A DNA stretch of 64,000 nucleotides from Pseudomonas phage TIETA, in the sequence record PV800129.1. The stretch is one strand, 5' to 3'. The position numbers and the translations under genes were made by a program. Shown piece after piece: positions 7,969 through 16,935 of this stretch. Every line of letters begins with the position of its first letter. Within the stretch, counting starts at the first letter, position 1. A model generated the notes under the pieces. It worked only from the letters and a program-made list of their open reading frames with translations, was not told the origin of the DNA and made no database searches.

Positions 7969-9657
7969 TTACACGCCGTTCTTAATCCGATAACGGATGG
8001 ATTCCAGATCATTGTTCTTCAAATCTTCCGTGTCCCACTTACCGTCTTTGAAGAACGTCCGCAGATGCCCGGTAGCTTCCTCTTCCTTCGACACATCATC
8101 CTTCAGTCGGAGGAACCGTCCATTGTCTTGGTCCCGGTACACTTTCAAGAGACCTTTAGCCGACTTCTTCTTGCTATCAGTCTTGGGGTCTTTGAAGATT
8201 GCAATGCCTTCTCCATTCACCTCGGTGTAGGTGGCCTTCACTGCGAACCCGAAGGTGTCTCGGGTATTGCACTGATAGGTGTAACTCCCAACTCCGAAGA
8301 CCACGTTCAAGGATGCGAAACCTTTCTCCTTGAGCCGCTCCAAGATTTTGGCTGCCCGACGTGTGGTGATCGAATCCCCATAGATCAAACCGATATGAGA
8401 ATCCAGCATCTTATAACCAGCTTCGTTTACAGTACCACCGAAGGTTTCCCAAAGAACTTGGATAGCACCTTTCACCTGAGCCTCGCTAACTTCCTCTAGT
8501 TTATAGCCAACTACATACTCGTACTGGTCCCACTCGGTTGGAATGACCTTGAAATATTTATCTTCGAACTCTAGAACAAAAGCGTCATTTCCGTTGACCG
8601 CATCCATGATATCCCAGTGCTCAAGAGATTCAACAACTTCCACATCGCCCAGTCCGCAGATAACCTCTACAGGATCGCCAGAATCGGGACGAACAACCAG
8701 CTTGCCGTCACGTTCCATGATCTGATCCTTGATGGACGGCAGAATGTCAGTAAGCACGCCCCAGAAGTCGAAGCTGTCTGCCACGTAAGACAGAATACCA
8801 CTCGGGAACTTACCCATCAGTTCAACAAGGAATCGACGTTCTGCTTCCTCACGGCCACCTTTACCTTCTCCATCCTTCATTTCTTTCTCAATGCGGAGGA
8901 TGTTACTAGTAGCTACAGCGTGTTCAGTCGCAGGAACGGAGCAAGCTACCAAACCAGTCGCGTTATAGTAGTCCTCAGCATAAATAGCTGCTGCCAATGT
9001 GTCCGAACCTACGAACGAGGTCAAGTGACCAACACCACTTCGGGCCGCGTCTTCAATCCCACTCATACCCCGGGCACTGAAGTCGTGAAACTGAACGGAC
9101 AGCAGGAAGTCGTCGTAGCACCCAGTGTGGTTCGCGTAGTACCGGCCCATAGCTGCGTATTCTGCGGCAATGGTTGCGTTGGTTGCGGTCTTCCAAGTCA
9201 TAGCCGAAATCAGGGTCTCATGGTAGTTAACCAACCAATAGAACTCCGGCAGGGTGTTCTTGATAGTAAGCACCGGTACGCCCATAGGAACGCTAACGCC
9301 CTCGGTCAAAGACTTGACCTCCAGAGGCAGATAGCCGAGCTTGTGTAGGGCTCGAAGCTGCTCCACAGCCTCCATTTCACGGCCAAAGTAACCAGTCAGG
9401 AACCGGGCATACCGGCCAACTGCGTTCTCTTCGTCAGCCTTGAAGAAGCCTTCCCAAGACTCTACGATCTCCATCCAAGCAGCCCGCCCGCCAACCCATT
9501 TAAGAGTGCCGTCGTAGAAGTCGGTGGCGTGAGTCTTACGATAAATTTTGTCGGAACGAGGAGTCAGGTTGCTGTAGACGAGCTGAGTCCCTTCCGAGTA
9601 CATCGAGCCGTGCCCAATCTTATAGCCATCGGTGGACAGGTGTGGCAGAATTTTCAT
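7969..9657 (-). CDS. nicotinamide phosphoribosyltransferase family protein (NAMPT-like; candidate nicotinamide ADP-ribose transferase of NARP1)
   Basis: 562 aa; N-terminus LSTDGYKIGH typical of NAMPT; adjacent to PRS-like gene. Confidence 0.85.
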   Translation of the reverse strand: MKILPHLSTDGYKIGHGSMYSEGTQLVYSNLTPRSDKIYRKTHATDFYDGTLKWVGGRAAWMEIVESWEGFFKADEENAVGRYARFLTGYFGREMEAVEQLRALHKLGYLPLEVKSLTEGVSVPMGVPVLTIKNTLPEFYWLVNYHETLISAMTWKTATNATIAAEYAAMGRYYANHTGCYDDFLLSVQFHDFSARGMSGIEDAARSGVGHLTSFVGSDTLAAAIYAEDYYNATGLVACSVPATEHAVATSNILRIEKEMKDGEGKGGREEAERRFLVELMGKFPSGILSYVADSFDFWGVLTDILPSIKDQIMERDGKLVVRPDSGDPVEVICGLGDVEVVESLEHWDIMDAVNGNDAFVLEFEDKYFKVIPTEWDQYEYVVGYKLEEVSEAQVKGAIQVLWETFGGTVNEAGYKMLDSHIGLIYGDSITTRRAAKILERLKEKGFASLNVVFGVGSYTYQCNTRDTFGFAVKATYTEVNGEGIAIFKDPKTDSKKKSAKGLLKVYRDQDNGRFLRLKDDVSKEEEATGHLRTFFKDGKWDTEDLKNNDLESIRYRIKNGV

Positions 9658-9713
9658 GTTATTTCCTCCTGTTGTGTTGAATGGGCCCAGACTATATCAA
9701 TCTGGGCCTTATG

Positions 9714-9932
9714 TCAATACTCAATTTCTTCTGCTGGCAGTGTCAGCACAGGGTAGATGCATGGAAGACGCAGTAATGTTTGCTTCTTGCTATGAAAGTC
9801 TTCCCAAAACTTCTCATGTAGCACCTTGTACCGGGCGTCCAGTTCCTCCTTGGTGTCGAACTCCTCCACCTTGACAACCCTCTTCTCTGGAGCCGAACGC
9901 TTATACTCTACAATCCAGATACTCAAGCTCAC
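9714..9932 (-). CDS. hypothetical protein (72 aa)
   Basis: ORF. Confidence 0.4.
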   Translation of the reverse strand: MSLSIWIVEYKRSAPEKRVVKVEEFDTKEELDARYKVLHEKFWEDFHSKKQTLLRLPCIYPVLTLPAEEIEY

Positions 9933-10795
9933 AGGCGTTCCGCCTTAGAGTATTCAACCGGAATGACAGTTAGCGCTTCGTGCTCTTTTTGAGGGAGCGT
10001 GTCCGAGGTGTAGATGCATCCGAAGGAATCCAGCAAGCAGTCGATACCCTTACTGAAGATTCCATGAGTGACGAACAGGTCAGGGAGCACTTTACTGTAC
10101 TCTCTTAGGGCCTTAGACACGCTTCGGAATGTAGCACCTCCGTCACAGATATCGTCGATCACCAGAAGCGGAAGTTCAGGATCGATATCCGAAGGATTCA
10201 GAATTTCAAAGCCTTCGATTTTACCGGTCTGGAGATCGCGCTTCTTATTGCAACGAATTACAGCGGCTGCTCCGGCCTTCTTTGCAAAATCCTCGGTCCG
10301 CTTTGTTGCTCCGATATCAGGGGCTACGAGTTGATATTGCTCCCACTCTGAACGGCTCAGTAGGCCACCGAAGACCGAAGATTGACGGACAACTTCGACG
10401 TTGTTAATCAGGTGCAGAGTTGCGTCGCTGTGAGGGTCCACAACGATAACTCGGTCATATCCGGCAGAGTTCAGCATGTTTGCAAACACTTTCAAACTGA
10501 AGGCGTCGCCCGGATTGCACCGACGGTCTTGGCGAGCATACGGGACATAACCCAGCAGAAGAGTCATGTGCGGATTAATCATTTCTGCTCGGATCGCCTC
10601 GGTGACGTTGAGAAGAGCCATGATATCATCACTATTCTGAATCTGAGCTTTAACGTTTACGAACGCATGGCTTTCGATGCCGCCCACATTAACGCCCACT
10701 TCGCCGCCCGGGAACGTCCACACTTTTGCCTCTTTCCACGGACGGCTCATAACACCTTCCATTTCCTGAAGGCAACCTACAGCATAACTAATCAT
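9929..10795 (-). CDS. ribose-phosphate pyrophosphokinase family protein (PRS-like; candidate ADPR pyrophosphokinase of NARP1)
   Basis: YARQDRR and PRPP-binding loop VIDDICDGGATF. Confidence 0.85.
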   Translation of the reverse strand: MISYAVGCLQEMEGVMSRPWKEAKVWTFPGGEVGVNVGGIESHAFVNVKAQIQNSDDIMALLNVTEAIRAEMINPHMTLLLGYVPYARQDRRCNPGDAFSLKVFANMLNSAGYDRVIVVDPHSDATLHLINNVEVVRQSSVFGGLLSRSEWEQYQLVAPDIGATKRTEDFAKKAGAAAVIRCNKKRDLQTGKIEGFEILNPSDIDPELPLLVIDDICDGGATFRSVSKALREYSKVLPDLFVTHGIFSKGIDCLLDSFGCIYTSDTLPQKEHEALTVIPVEYSKAERL

Positions 10796-10804
10796 ACATC
10801 CTCC

Positions 10805-11221
10805 TCACAGTTTCACAGAGAAGCGATTCCGCATTGCTTCCATCGTGCTCTCGGGAACATCGTGTACAGACTTATTCCCATGACGATTCTCTACAATCAG
10901 AGAGATAACAGTGTAGCCAAACTCTTCAGCCATGTCAATGTATGGTGCTACCTCTCGCTCCCGGGTACTAGTATTGGATACGATAACCGCATCTAGTCCT
11001 ATCTCCATAGACCGTCGCGCTTTGTCCATGCACTTTTTGTGAGATTCAACTACCCTCTCAGCTTTCCACACATACTTGCCGAACTCCATTTGGTAATCGT
11101 CCGCTTCGCAGATAGACGCCTGCCGGCCTGACTCCCAAGTTTTGTTATACAGAATCTCGGCAAGAGAGGACTTCCCGGAGCCCGGGAGTCCTCGAATGAT
11201 ATACATGATCTTTTCCTGCAT
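10805..11221 (-). CDS. polynucleotide 5'-kinase, P-loop (T4 Pnk kinase-domain-like)
   Basis: GLPGSGKSSLA Walker A; ...DDY... and IVSNTSTREREVAPYIDMAEEFGY parallel T4 Pnk CPGSGKST...DDYR...ISDTNLNPERR...EYGW. Confidence 0.7.
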   Translation of the reverse strand: MQEKIMYIIRGLPGSGKSSLAEILYNKTWESGRQASICEADDYQMEFGKYVWKAERVVESHKKCMDKARRSMEIGLDAVIVSNTSTREREVAPYIDMAEEFGYTVISLIVENRHGNKSVHDVPESTMEAMRNRFSVKL

Positions 11222-11231
11222 ATTCCCTCCT

Positions 11232-12149
11232 TTAAATTCTAGTCATATCGAAGTAGGTTTCGATCAGAAGACGCCGCTGGGCATCAGTCATTTCTACGAA
11301 ACAGGACTCCTCTACTTCATTTACCAAGAAGTCTACCAGAGGATAGAACTCTTCGTCAAGCGTCTGCTTGAATCCAGCCGGGTCTTGGTACATCGCATTG
11401 ACCTTCTTACTACCCATCCTCATGATAAACTTCTTGCCGAGGTAGTGAGTTGACTTGCACTTCACTGTCCCTAGCCCTGTTTGTACCATGTAACCTTCTT
11501 TCTCACAAGAACTCAGAAGACCCTTTGCATGTTCCCAGCTACACTCTATGTGCTCTGGACGAAGAATCTTTACAGAACTGTGGTCCGTTACACCTAGGGC
11601 GTGAGAGTCAAGAATATATTCTGAAAGCTGGCCCCCAGTGAAGATATCGCGGATACCGATCAAATATGCCCCTTCTTCTTCCTCGACAATGTGAGGGTCG
11701 TCTGGAGAGCATATCTCGAAGTTATATGTGAAGCCTGCGATGTAATCATCTGGGTTATTCGACACATACTTCTGACCAAGGGCAACGTAATCGCCGGTCA
11801 ATGACCCCGTAGTACTGAAGATAAGGGAGCCATTGTGCTTAGTCACGGAGAACATGAATCCATTCACTTTCTCAATCAGCCGCACACGGAATTTAGGATG
11901 GAGGAAACTCCCAGCACCATTCTCTCCCAGATTAAACACCTTCTCGAAGGGGCGTACAATACAATCACCGGAGTGCTGGTCAAATACATGACCCCGTGCC
12001 TCCAGAAGGAGCGGATGCTCATTCCACAGGTTCTCGTAGAACACCTTCCGGGCATACTTTATAATCGACATACCGTTGAAGTGCTTAACAGTCACCAGCT
12101 TATTAGCGATCAGGTCTTTGTACATTGCAATGTTGAGATTACCTTCCAT
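11232..12149 (-). CDS. RNA ligase 1 family (T4 Rnl1/gp63-like)
   Basis: LEARGHVFD...KVFNLGENG and TKHNGSLIFST resemble T4 Rnl1 LECRGIMFE...KFFNLNENP and lysine motif TKEDGSLVSTY. Confidence 0.7.
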   Translation of the reverse strand: MEGNLNIAMYKDLIANKLVTVKHFNGMSIIKYARKVFYENLWNEHPLLLEARGHVFDQHSGDCIVRPFEKVFNLGENGAGSFLHPKFRVRLIEKVNGFMFSVTKHNGSLIFSTTGSLTGDYVALGQKYVSNNPDDYIAGFTYNFEICSPDDPHIVEEEEGAYLIGIRDIFTGGQLSEYILDSHALGVTDHSSVKILRPEHIECSWEHAKGLLSSCEKEGYMVQTGLGTVKCKSTHYLGKKFIMRMGSKKVNAMYQDPAGFKQTLDEEFYPLVDFLVNEVEESCFVEMTDAQRRLLIETYFDMTRI

Positions 12150-12160
12150 CCTACTTCTCC

Positions 12161-12568
12161 TTATTTCAATTCGACAATTGGGCAGAATTTAGCCTTCTTT
12201 GCCTTTAGATACGATACCAGAATCCCATCCTTGCTGGACGATTTACTCGACATAAAGCGAGAGAATCGGTAGAAAACCCACACGCCATAAAAGACGGCGA
12301 TGATTCCAATCCATACAAACCCCATGACAGCCAGAGTCCCACCTAGAACATATCCGGTAAGTGGACCGAGAGCCAGAGAATACAATACAGAGCCTACAAC
12401 AGCAGCGAGCGCTACAACCGTTAACGCCAGCCACACGACGAGGAATACTGTCTGCCAGAAATAAGAGCAGAGGGTTACAATTTGCCAACCGCTTGAGATA
12501 GCCGAATAGACCGGGGTCTCGAACGTACGATGGAGCCGCATATGCCACGAATTCTTATCAATCTTCAT
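12161..12568 (-). CDS. integral membrane protein (135 aa)
   Basis: four hydrophobic helices. Confidence 0.5.
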   Translation of the reverse strand: MKIDKNSWHMRLHRTFETPVYSAISSGWQIVTLCSYFWQTVFLVVWLALTVVALAAVVGSVLYSLALGPLTGYVLGGTLAVMGFVWIGIIAVFYGVWVFYRFSRFMSSKSSSKDGILVSYLKAKKAKFCPIVELK

Positions 12569-12840
12569 GCTTGTTCCTCCGGGAAGATGTTGAAGTTAAG
12601 TACGTTATGCTCTTCAAGTTCCATGGAGGCTACCATCTTATAACCTCCGAGCTTGTGAACGATCTCCAGTATACTCTCAATAGAGAATTTGTCAACATGC
12701 TGCTTCATCAGATTGGAGATTCGGCTCTGATGGGTTCCACACCGCTCTGCCACTTCCCGTTGAGTCAGCCCAGACTGAGTGATGTAGTGTGCAGCAACAA
12801 CCATTACAGTTTTCTTGAAATCCTTGACCGGATCATTCAT
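12565..12840 (-). CDS. XRE-type HTH DNA-binding protein
   Basis: GLTQREVAERCGTHQSRISNLMKQ helix-turn-helix. Confidence 0.6.
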   Translation of the reverse strand: MNDPVKDFKKTVMVVAAHYITQSGLTQREVAERCGTHQSRISNLMKQHVDKFSIESILEIVHKLGGYKMVASMELEEHNVLNFNIFPEEQA

Positions 12841-12841
12841 G

Positions 12842-13078
12842 TTAGTCCTCCTTATTGCTCAGCGTTACTTTGCCATCGAATACTCGGAATTGAGCGATCT
12901 CAAACTGATCCGTCCAGCGGGCGTCCTCGAAAGCCACTCCTTCAAAAGTCCCGTCTTGTTTAACATCAGAAGTCATGAGGACGATAAAAGGAACTCCGTC
13001 GTCATGGATCAGTTCCACCAGAGTGTTAGCTTTAGGTTTAACATCCTCCTTGTCACGCGAAATCAACACATTGACCAT
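12842..13078 (-). CDS. hypothetical protein (78 aa)
   Basis: ORF. Confidence 0.4.
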   Translation of the reverse strand: MVNVLISRDKEDVKPKANTLVELIHDDGVPFIVLMTSDVKQDGTFEGVAFEDARWTDQFEIAQFRVFDGKVTLSNKED

Positions 13079-13090
13079 TCTTTCCTCCTT

Positions 13091-13645
13091 TTATTTATGG
13101 TGGTCTACAACCACAAACTCTTGCTCTCGCATATATTCCCTCACTTCATCGTAAGAGAATACCTGATGATCTGGGTGATTGTCAATACCTACATCAAGGC
13201 GCTTACCCTTGGAAGGCAGGCTACCGTGAGTGTGACCATGCAGGTGCCAAGCGCCATGATGAGCGGTATTCCACGTCTCGAAAGGATAGTGGCACATGAC
13301 GATCTTAACTCCGTCGATCCTCACTTCCTTGTAGTCTCGGATATCTTCGACGTGCGATAGGTTGCTGTCTTCAATCAGCTTCCACAGTCGGCTATCACAG
13401 TGATTACCCTTGAGGAAGGTGATCCGACCGTTCAACTGTCTAATGATATCCAGTACAGCTTGCAGCTTGTTCTTACCTGCGAAAGCGAAATCACCTAAGT
13501 GATACACTTCATCCCGAAGACGGACCCGAGAGTTCCACCGAGAGATAAGCTCCTCGGTCTGCTCCTCGAAAGTCCACGGCCTGTTGCAATACTCGATCAC
13601 ATTCTTATGGAAGAAGTGTAGATCGGAAGAGAAAAATACAGACAT
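13091..13645 (-). CDS. calcineurin-like metallophosphoesterase
   Basis: SDLHFFH, GDFAF, GNHC, HGHTHG motif series. Confidence 0.75.
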   Translation of the reverse strand: MSVFFSSDLHFFHKNVIEYCNRPWTFEEQTEELISRWNSRVRLRDEVYHLGDFAFAGKNKLQAVLDIIRQLNGRITFLKGNHCDSRLWKLIEDSNLSHVEDIRDYKEVRIDGVKIVMCHYPFETWNTAHHGAWHLHGHTHGSLPSKGKRLDVGIDNHPDHQVFSYDEVREYMREQEFVVVDHHK

Positions 13646-14076
13646 TATGCCTCCATTTCAAATTCGTAAATTTTGTTAATCCTGCGGATGAGTCGCATAG
13701 CGGCCCCTCCCAGCAGATGTTCACGCTCCGGCTCCATACTAGCCATAGCCTTGAACTCTGATAACATATCTCGACGCTCGTAGTGGAAATCTACTACCCA
13801 GTAATGGTCCGCACTAATCTTACCCTCTCGGTACAGATGCCCTTCTACGCCCAGCCAGTGATCTACTGCGTCTTTCTTCAGAAGCTCCTTCGGAGACCAC
13901 TTATCTACACCTCGCAGCTTCTCGAAGAAAGAGTAAGGACGCGAATAGCTGATGATAGCTTCCTCTACAGCCGATTCAGCCTGCAATTGGACTAACTCCC
14001 ATCTTGCAAGGACTTCTTTAATCTCCCCGGTGGTGACTGGGGTGTAGCTGTACTGCTCTTTATATTCATTCCACAC
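13645..14076 (-). CDS. hypothetical protein (143 aa)
   Basis: ORF. Confidence 0.45.
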   Translation of the reverse strand: MWNEYKEQYSYTPVTTGEIKEVLARWELVQLQAESAVEEAIISYSRPYSFFEKLRGVDKWSPKELLKKDAVDHWLGVEGHLYREGKISADHYWVVDFHYERRDMLSEFKAMASMEPEREHLLGGAAMRLIRRINKIYEFEMEA

Positions 14077-14626
14077 TGTACTGTTCTCCTACATAGCCTT
14101 TGAATTTGTCGGAACGAGTTGTCTTCTTCCGTGCCTTGTTTTCCAGAACTGATGCCTCCCTTTCGAGCATGCTCAGTTGGTTGCTATACTTCTTGATCCG
14201 CTTCGAGTTACCACTCATCACAGAATTTGTAAGATTTGCGATAGTATCGCAAATTTTCACTTCTCTTGCAACCGGATGATTACGGCAAGCTTCGATATAC
14301 TTACGGTAGCTCTCAGCACGGTTCTTATCGAGAATGACCAAAGCCTCTACGATGTGAGGCATCACGCCCATGGACTCCAAGTCTTCCTCTGTCAACTCTG
14401 TATCCTCCAGAACGTCGTGCAGGAAGCACACAGCGAGAAGAGTGTCCATGTACGGAAGGTCGGAGAAAGCCTGACCCGGGTCCATATCTTTAGGAGCGTT
14501 GCGAGCCACGCAGACTGTATGCACCTGATTCAGATGGTAAGCATACGGGAAGTTGGTCTCTCCGTACCGCTGACCTTCGTGAGCCGAGAGTGCGATCTCA
14601 ATAGCGATACCAAGCTGAGTGTTCAT
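14066..14626 (-). CDS. HD-domain hydrolase, RelA/SpoT-type (candidate small alarmone hydrolase)
   Basis: YHLNQVHTVCVA...DTLLAVCFLHDVLEDT matches SpoT HD core (H...HD..ED). Confidence 0.65.
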   Translation of the reverse strand: MNTQLGIAIEIALSAHEGQRYGETNFPYAYHLNQVHTVCVARNAPKDMDPGQAFSDLPYMDTLLAVCFLHDVLEDTELTEEDLESMGVMPHIVEALVILDKNRAESYRKYIEACRNHPVAREVKICDTIANLTNSVMSGNSKRIKKYSNQLSMLEREASVLENKARKKTTRSDKFKGYVGEQYSVE

Positions 14627-14627
14627 A

Positions 14628-15188
14628 TTAGTCTCCTTTGTAGAATGTGTGGTTGCCTATCTTGATTGTGCGCTTGTATTTCCTAGCCCACCGAGGAAGC
14701 TTGCCATTATTAGCCCGTCTCACCTTCCTCTCGTTGAGGTAGTGATCGGCTCCTCTCGTTGGATCGACAGTATACCCATATAGGGCGTTGTATGCAACAT
14801 GTTTCGCTGCCTCCCACTTGTCAAGCTCCTTGACACCTTGCCGCATACTCCCATCGCAGGTGTAGGAATACTGGCACTTGAAGTAGAGCACTCCGGCTAC
14901 TGTGCTCGGCCACCTGTCGTGCTTCATTCTGTTCACTACGGTATGAGCTACAGCAATCTGACCGATCTCCGGTTCTCCCCGGGCCTCGAAGTATACAGCT
15001 TCAGCCAACAACCTGCAAGGCTTTCTGTACTCACACAAGGTGCGCTTGCTTTCTATGATTTGACCGGGACTGGCTTGGAATTCCACTACAGGCTCCTTGC
15101 CGTATTTTAGACGAGAGTATTCCATGTCGAGGAACATCCCAATGAAGGCTAGAAGGATCGACAAAACGAGAGCTTCTAAGGTTTCCAT
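14628..15188 (-). CDS. SleB-type cell-wall hydrolase with N-terminal membrane anchor
   Basis: N-terminal TM LVLSILLAFIGMF; AEAVYFEARGEPEIGQIAVAHTVVNR is the Hydrolase_2/SleB signature. Confidence 0.7.
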   Translation of the reverse strand: METLEALVLSILLAFIGMFLDMEYSRLKYGKEPVVEFQASPGQIIESKRTLCEYRKPCRLLAEAVYFEARGEPEIGQIAVAHTVVNRMKHDRWPSTVAGVLYFKCQYSYTCDGSMRQGVKELDKWEAAKHVAYNALYGYTVDPTRGADHYLNERKVRRANNGKLPRWARKYKRTIKIGNHTFYKGD

Positions 15189-15252
15189 AACACCTCCTTA
15201 GACAAAGAAGCCCGCCTTGTGGGCGGGCTGTATATCACTCGGCTATTATACT

Positions 15253-15714
15253 TCAGCCCAAGTTGTAACGACGGGCGTAGTCTTTGTTGGGGAACTCGAC
15301 CATCATCGACTGAATGTGGATGTTGCCTTTACGATCCTTCTGGATTTTGGCATTTTTCACAATCTTACTAGCCTGCGCCTTTGCCATAAGCTCTGGACTT
15401 ACAACCAGATCGATGAATTCTGCACTCCGATGCCCGGCACCAGCCGGGGCCCAGAAGCCGTACTGGGTCACCGTCGATGTAGGTACAAGGTACAGGTTGT
15501 GCAGACGCACCGCAGTGTTGAAACTCAGCTTACTGATGTGCTTCGCTCCCCGGGTTTCAGTTTCAAAACACCCAGTCATGTAATTGAATTTGTAAGTGAG
15601 AGCATCCATGAACTGAATGACACTTCGAATCTGGATAGCAGAAGTATCCAAGAGCTGGAATTTCTCAGCAGATTCGATTGCAGTGGTCACATTGACAGAC
15701 TTAGCGTTGAACAT
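15253..15714 (-). CDS. hypothetical protein (153 aa)
   Basis: ORF. Confidence 0.45.
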   Translation of the reverse strand: MFNAKSVNVTTAIESAEKFQLLDTSAIQIRSVIQFMDALTYKFNYMTGCFETETRGAKHISKLSFNTAVRLHNLYLVPTSTVTQYGFWAPAGAGHRSAEFIDLVVSPELMAKAQASKIVKNAKIQKDRKGNIHIQSMMVEFPNKDYARRYNLG

Positions 15715-15726
15715 TTTATATCCTCC

Positions 15727-16935
15727 TTATTCTTCAGGGACAAATACACCGCCGATTACCCGGCCAGCGCGAATTAGTTTACCAGTTGGGAACTGAGCAC
15801 GCAAGGTCTTTTTGAAACGACTTTGAATTTGCACAGTCAACCACTTACCCCGATAGTTCTCAAAATTAGTGATCTGGTCCTTACGGGCTTCAAAGTCACC
15901 ATACGTCACCTCAAGCATCTCTTGAGGCACAGGGTCGAACACCACCAGAACAGCGTTTCCATTCTTGTCCACCACGTAGTTCACGATCTGCATTTCCATA
16001 TCGAAGAACTCTTTGTATTTCTGGAGTCCACTGGAACGCTTACCAGACTCGTACAGCCCTTCCGGGCTACGCCACATGATGCCCTCATAGCCGTTCTGAC
16101 GATACACGTCGTGAAGGCGTTTGAGGTCTTCGAAAGTAGAGCAGAATACGTACTCGACGAAGCGAATTTTACCGATCCCGGCAACAGTCGCAGCCTTGAA
16201 CTGGAAGTCTACCAGACGCTCCTTGAATGTCAAGCCTTCTTTCACGATATCGAATACGTGAAATTCCATCCGCTTACGAAGACCGTAAATAAAGGACGTG
16301 CTGTCCACTTCATTCAGGAGACGATCATACTCCTCCTCTCCGTTCTCTAGAGCGTAGGCGTCAAGAGCCTTCTCAGCCTTCATCCACTTATCGTAGGCAT
16401 CCTCTCGCTTGACCGCCGAGTTGATATCCTCCAGCACCTCACCGTGGACGTACAGTTCGCCGTCCCACACATCACCCTCTTGCATGATCTCTTCGAGTTC
16501 TTTGATGATGTGCGGTACATTGTAAGGTTTACCCATGCGAGACGCTAGCGTAACTACGCCATTGGCTTTCTTAGCCATGCAACGCAGGCCGTCTAGTTTA
16601 GGAGAGCCATACCCCTCTTTGTATTTAGCGGGATCAAGCGGTTTTGCGAGCATAGCCATAACAGGGAGATCGTTGAGTTCTTCCTTGGTTGCACGATAAC
16701 CCTTGTCCAACTGCTTGCTCACCTTGGACTGAGCCTCAGACACGGCCTGCTCCTCTACAGAGCGTTTCTGCTTACCAACTCGGATGTTGGTAACCTGAGA
16801 GGTCATGGCTCCATGTTCTTTGCCGTATTTCACGACGATATTGAAGCTACCGTCTTCCTCTCCGACCACCTCTACAGTCCACTCCTTGAACCCGCCTTTC
16901 TTGTCGAGTCCATACAGTCGTTGAAAATAACTCAT
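15727..16935 (-). CDS. ATP-dependent DNA ligase
   Basis: adenylation motif I KLDGLR; later EGIMWRSP and LQKYK motifs. Confidence 0.8.
   Translation of the reverse strand: MSYFQRLYGLDKKGGFKEWTVEVVGEEDGSFNIVVKYGKEHGAMTSQVTNIRVGKQKRSVEEQAVSEAQSKVSKQLDKGYRATKEELNDLPVMAMLAKPLDPAKYKEGYGSPKLDGLRCMAKKANGVVTLASRMGKPYNVPHIIKELEEIMQEGDVWDGELYVHGEVLEDINSAVKREDAYDKWMKAEKALDAYALENGEEEYDRLLNEVDSTSFIYGLRKRMEFHVFDIVKEGLTFKERLVDFQFKAATVAGIGKIRFVEYVFCSTFEDLKRLHDVYRQNGYEGIMWRSPEGLYESGKRSSGLQKYKEFFDMEMQIVNYVVDKNGNAVLVVFDPVPQEMLEVTYGDFEARKDQITNFENYRGKWLTVQIQSRFKKTLRAQFPTGKLIRAGRVIGGVFVPEE

Noticed and set aside
9660-9705. Hairpin GGCCCAGA...TCTGGGCC between NAMPT-like gene and upstream ORF as terminator
   Set aside because: No T-run on the transcribed (-) strand. 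More likely a processing or regulatory stem. Not called.
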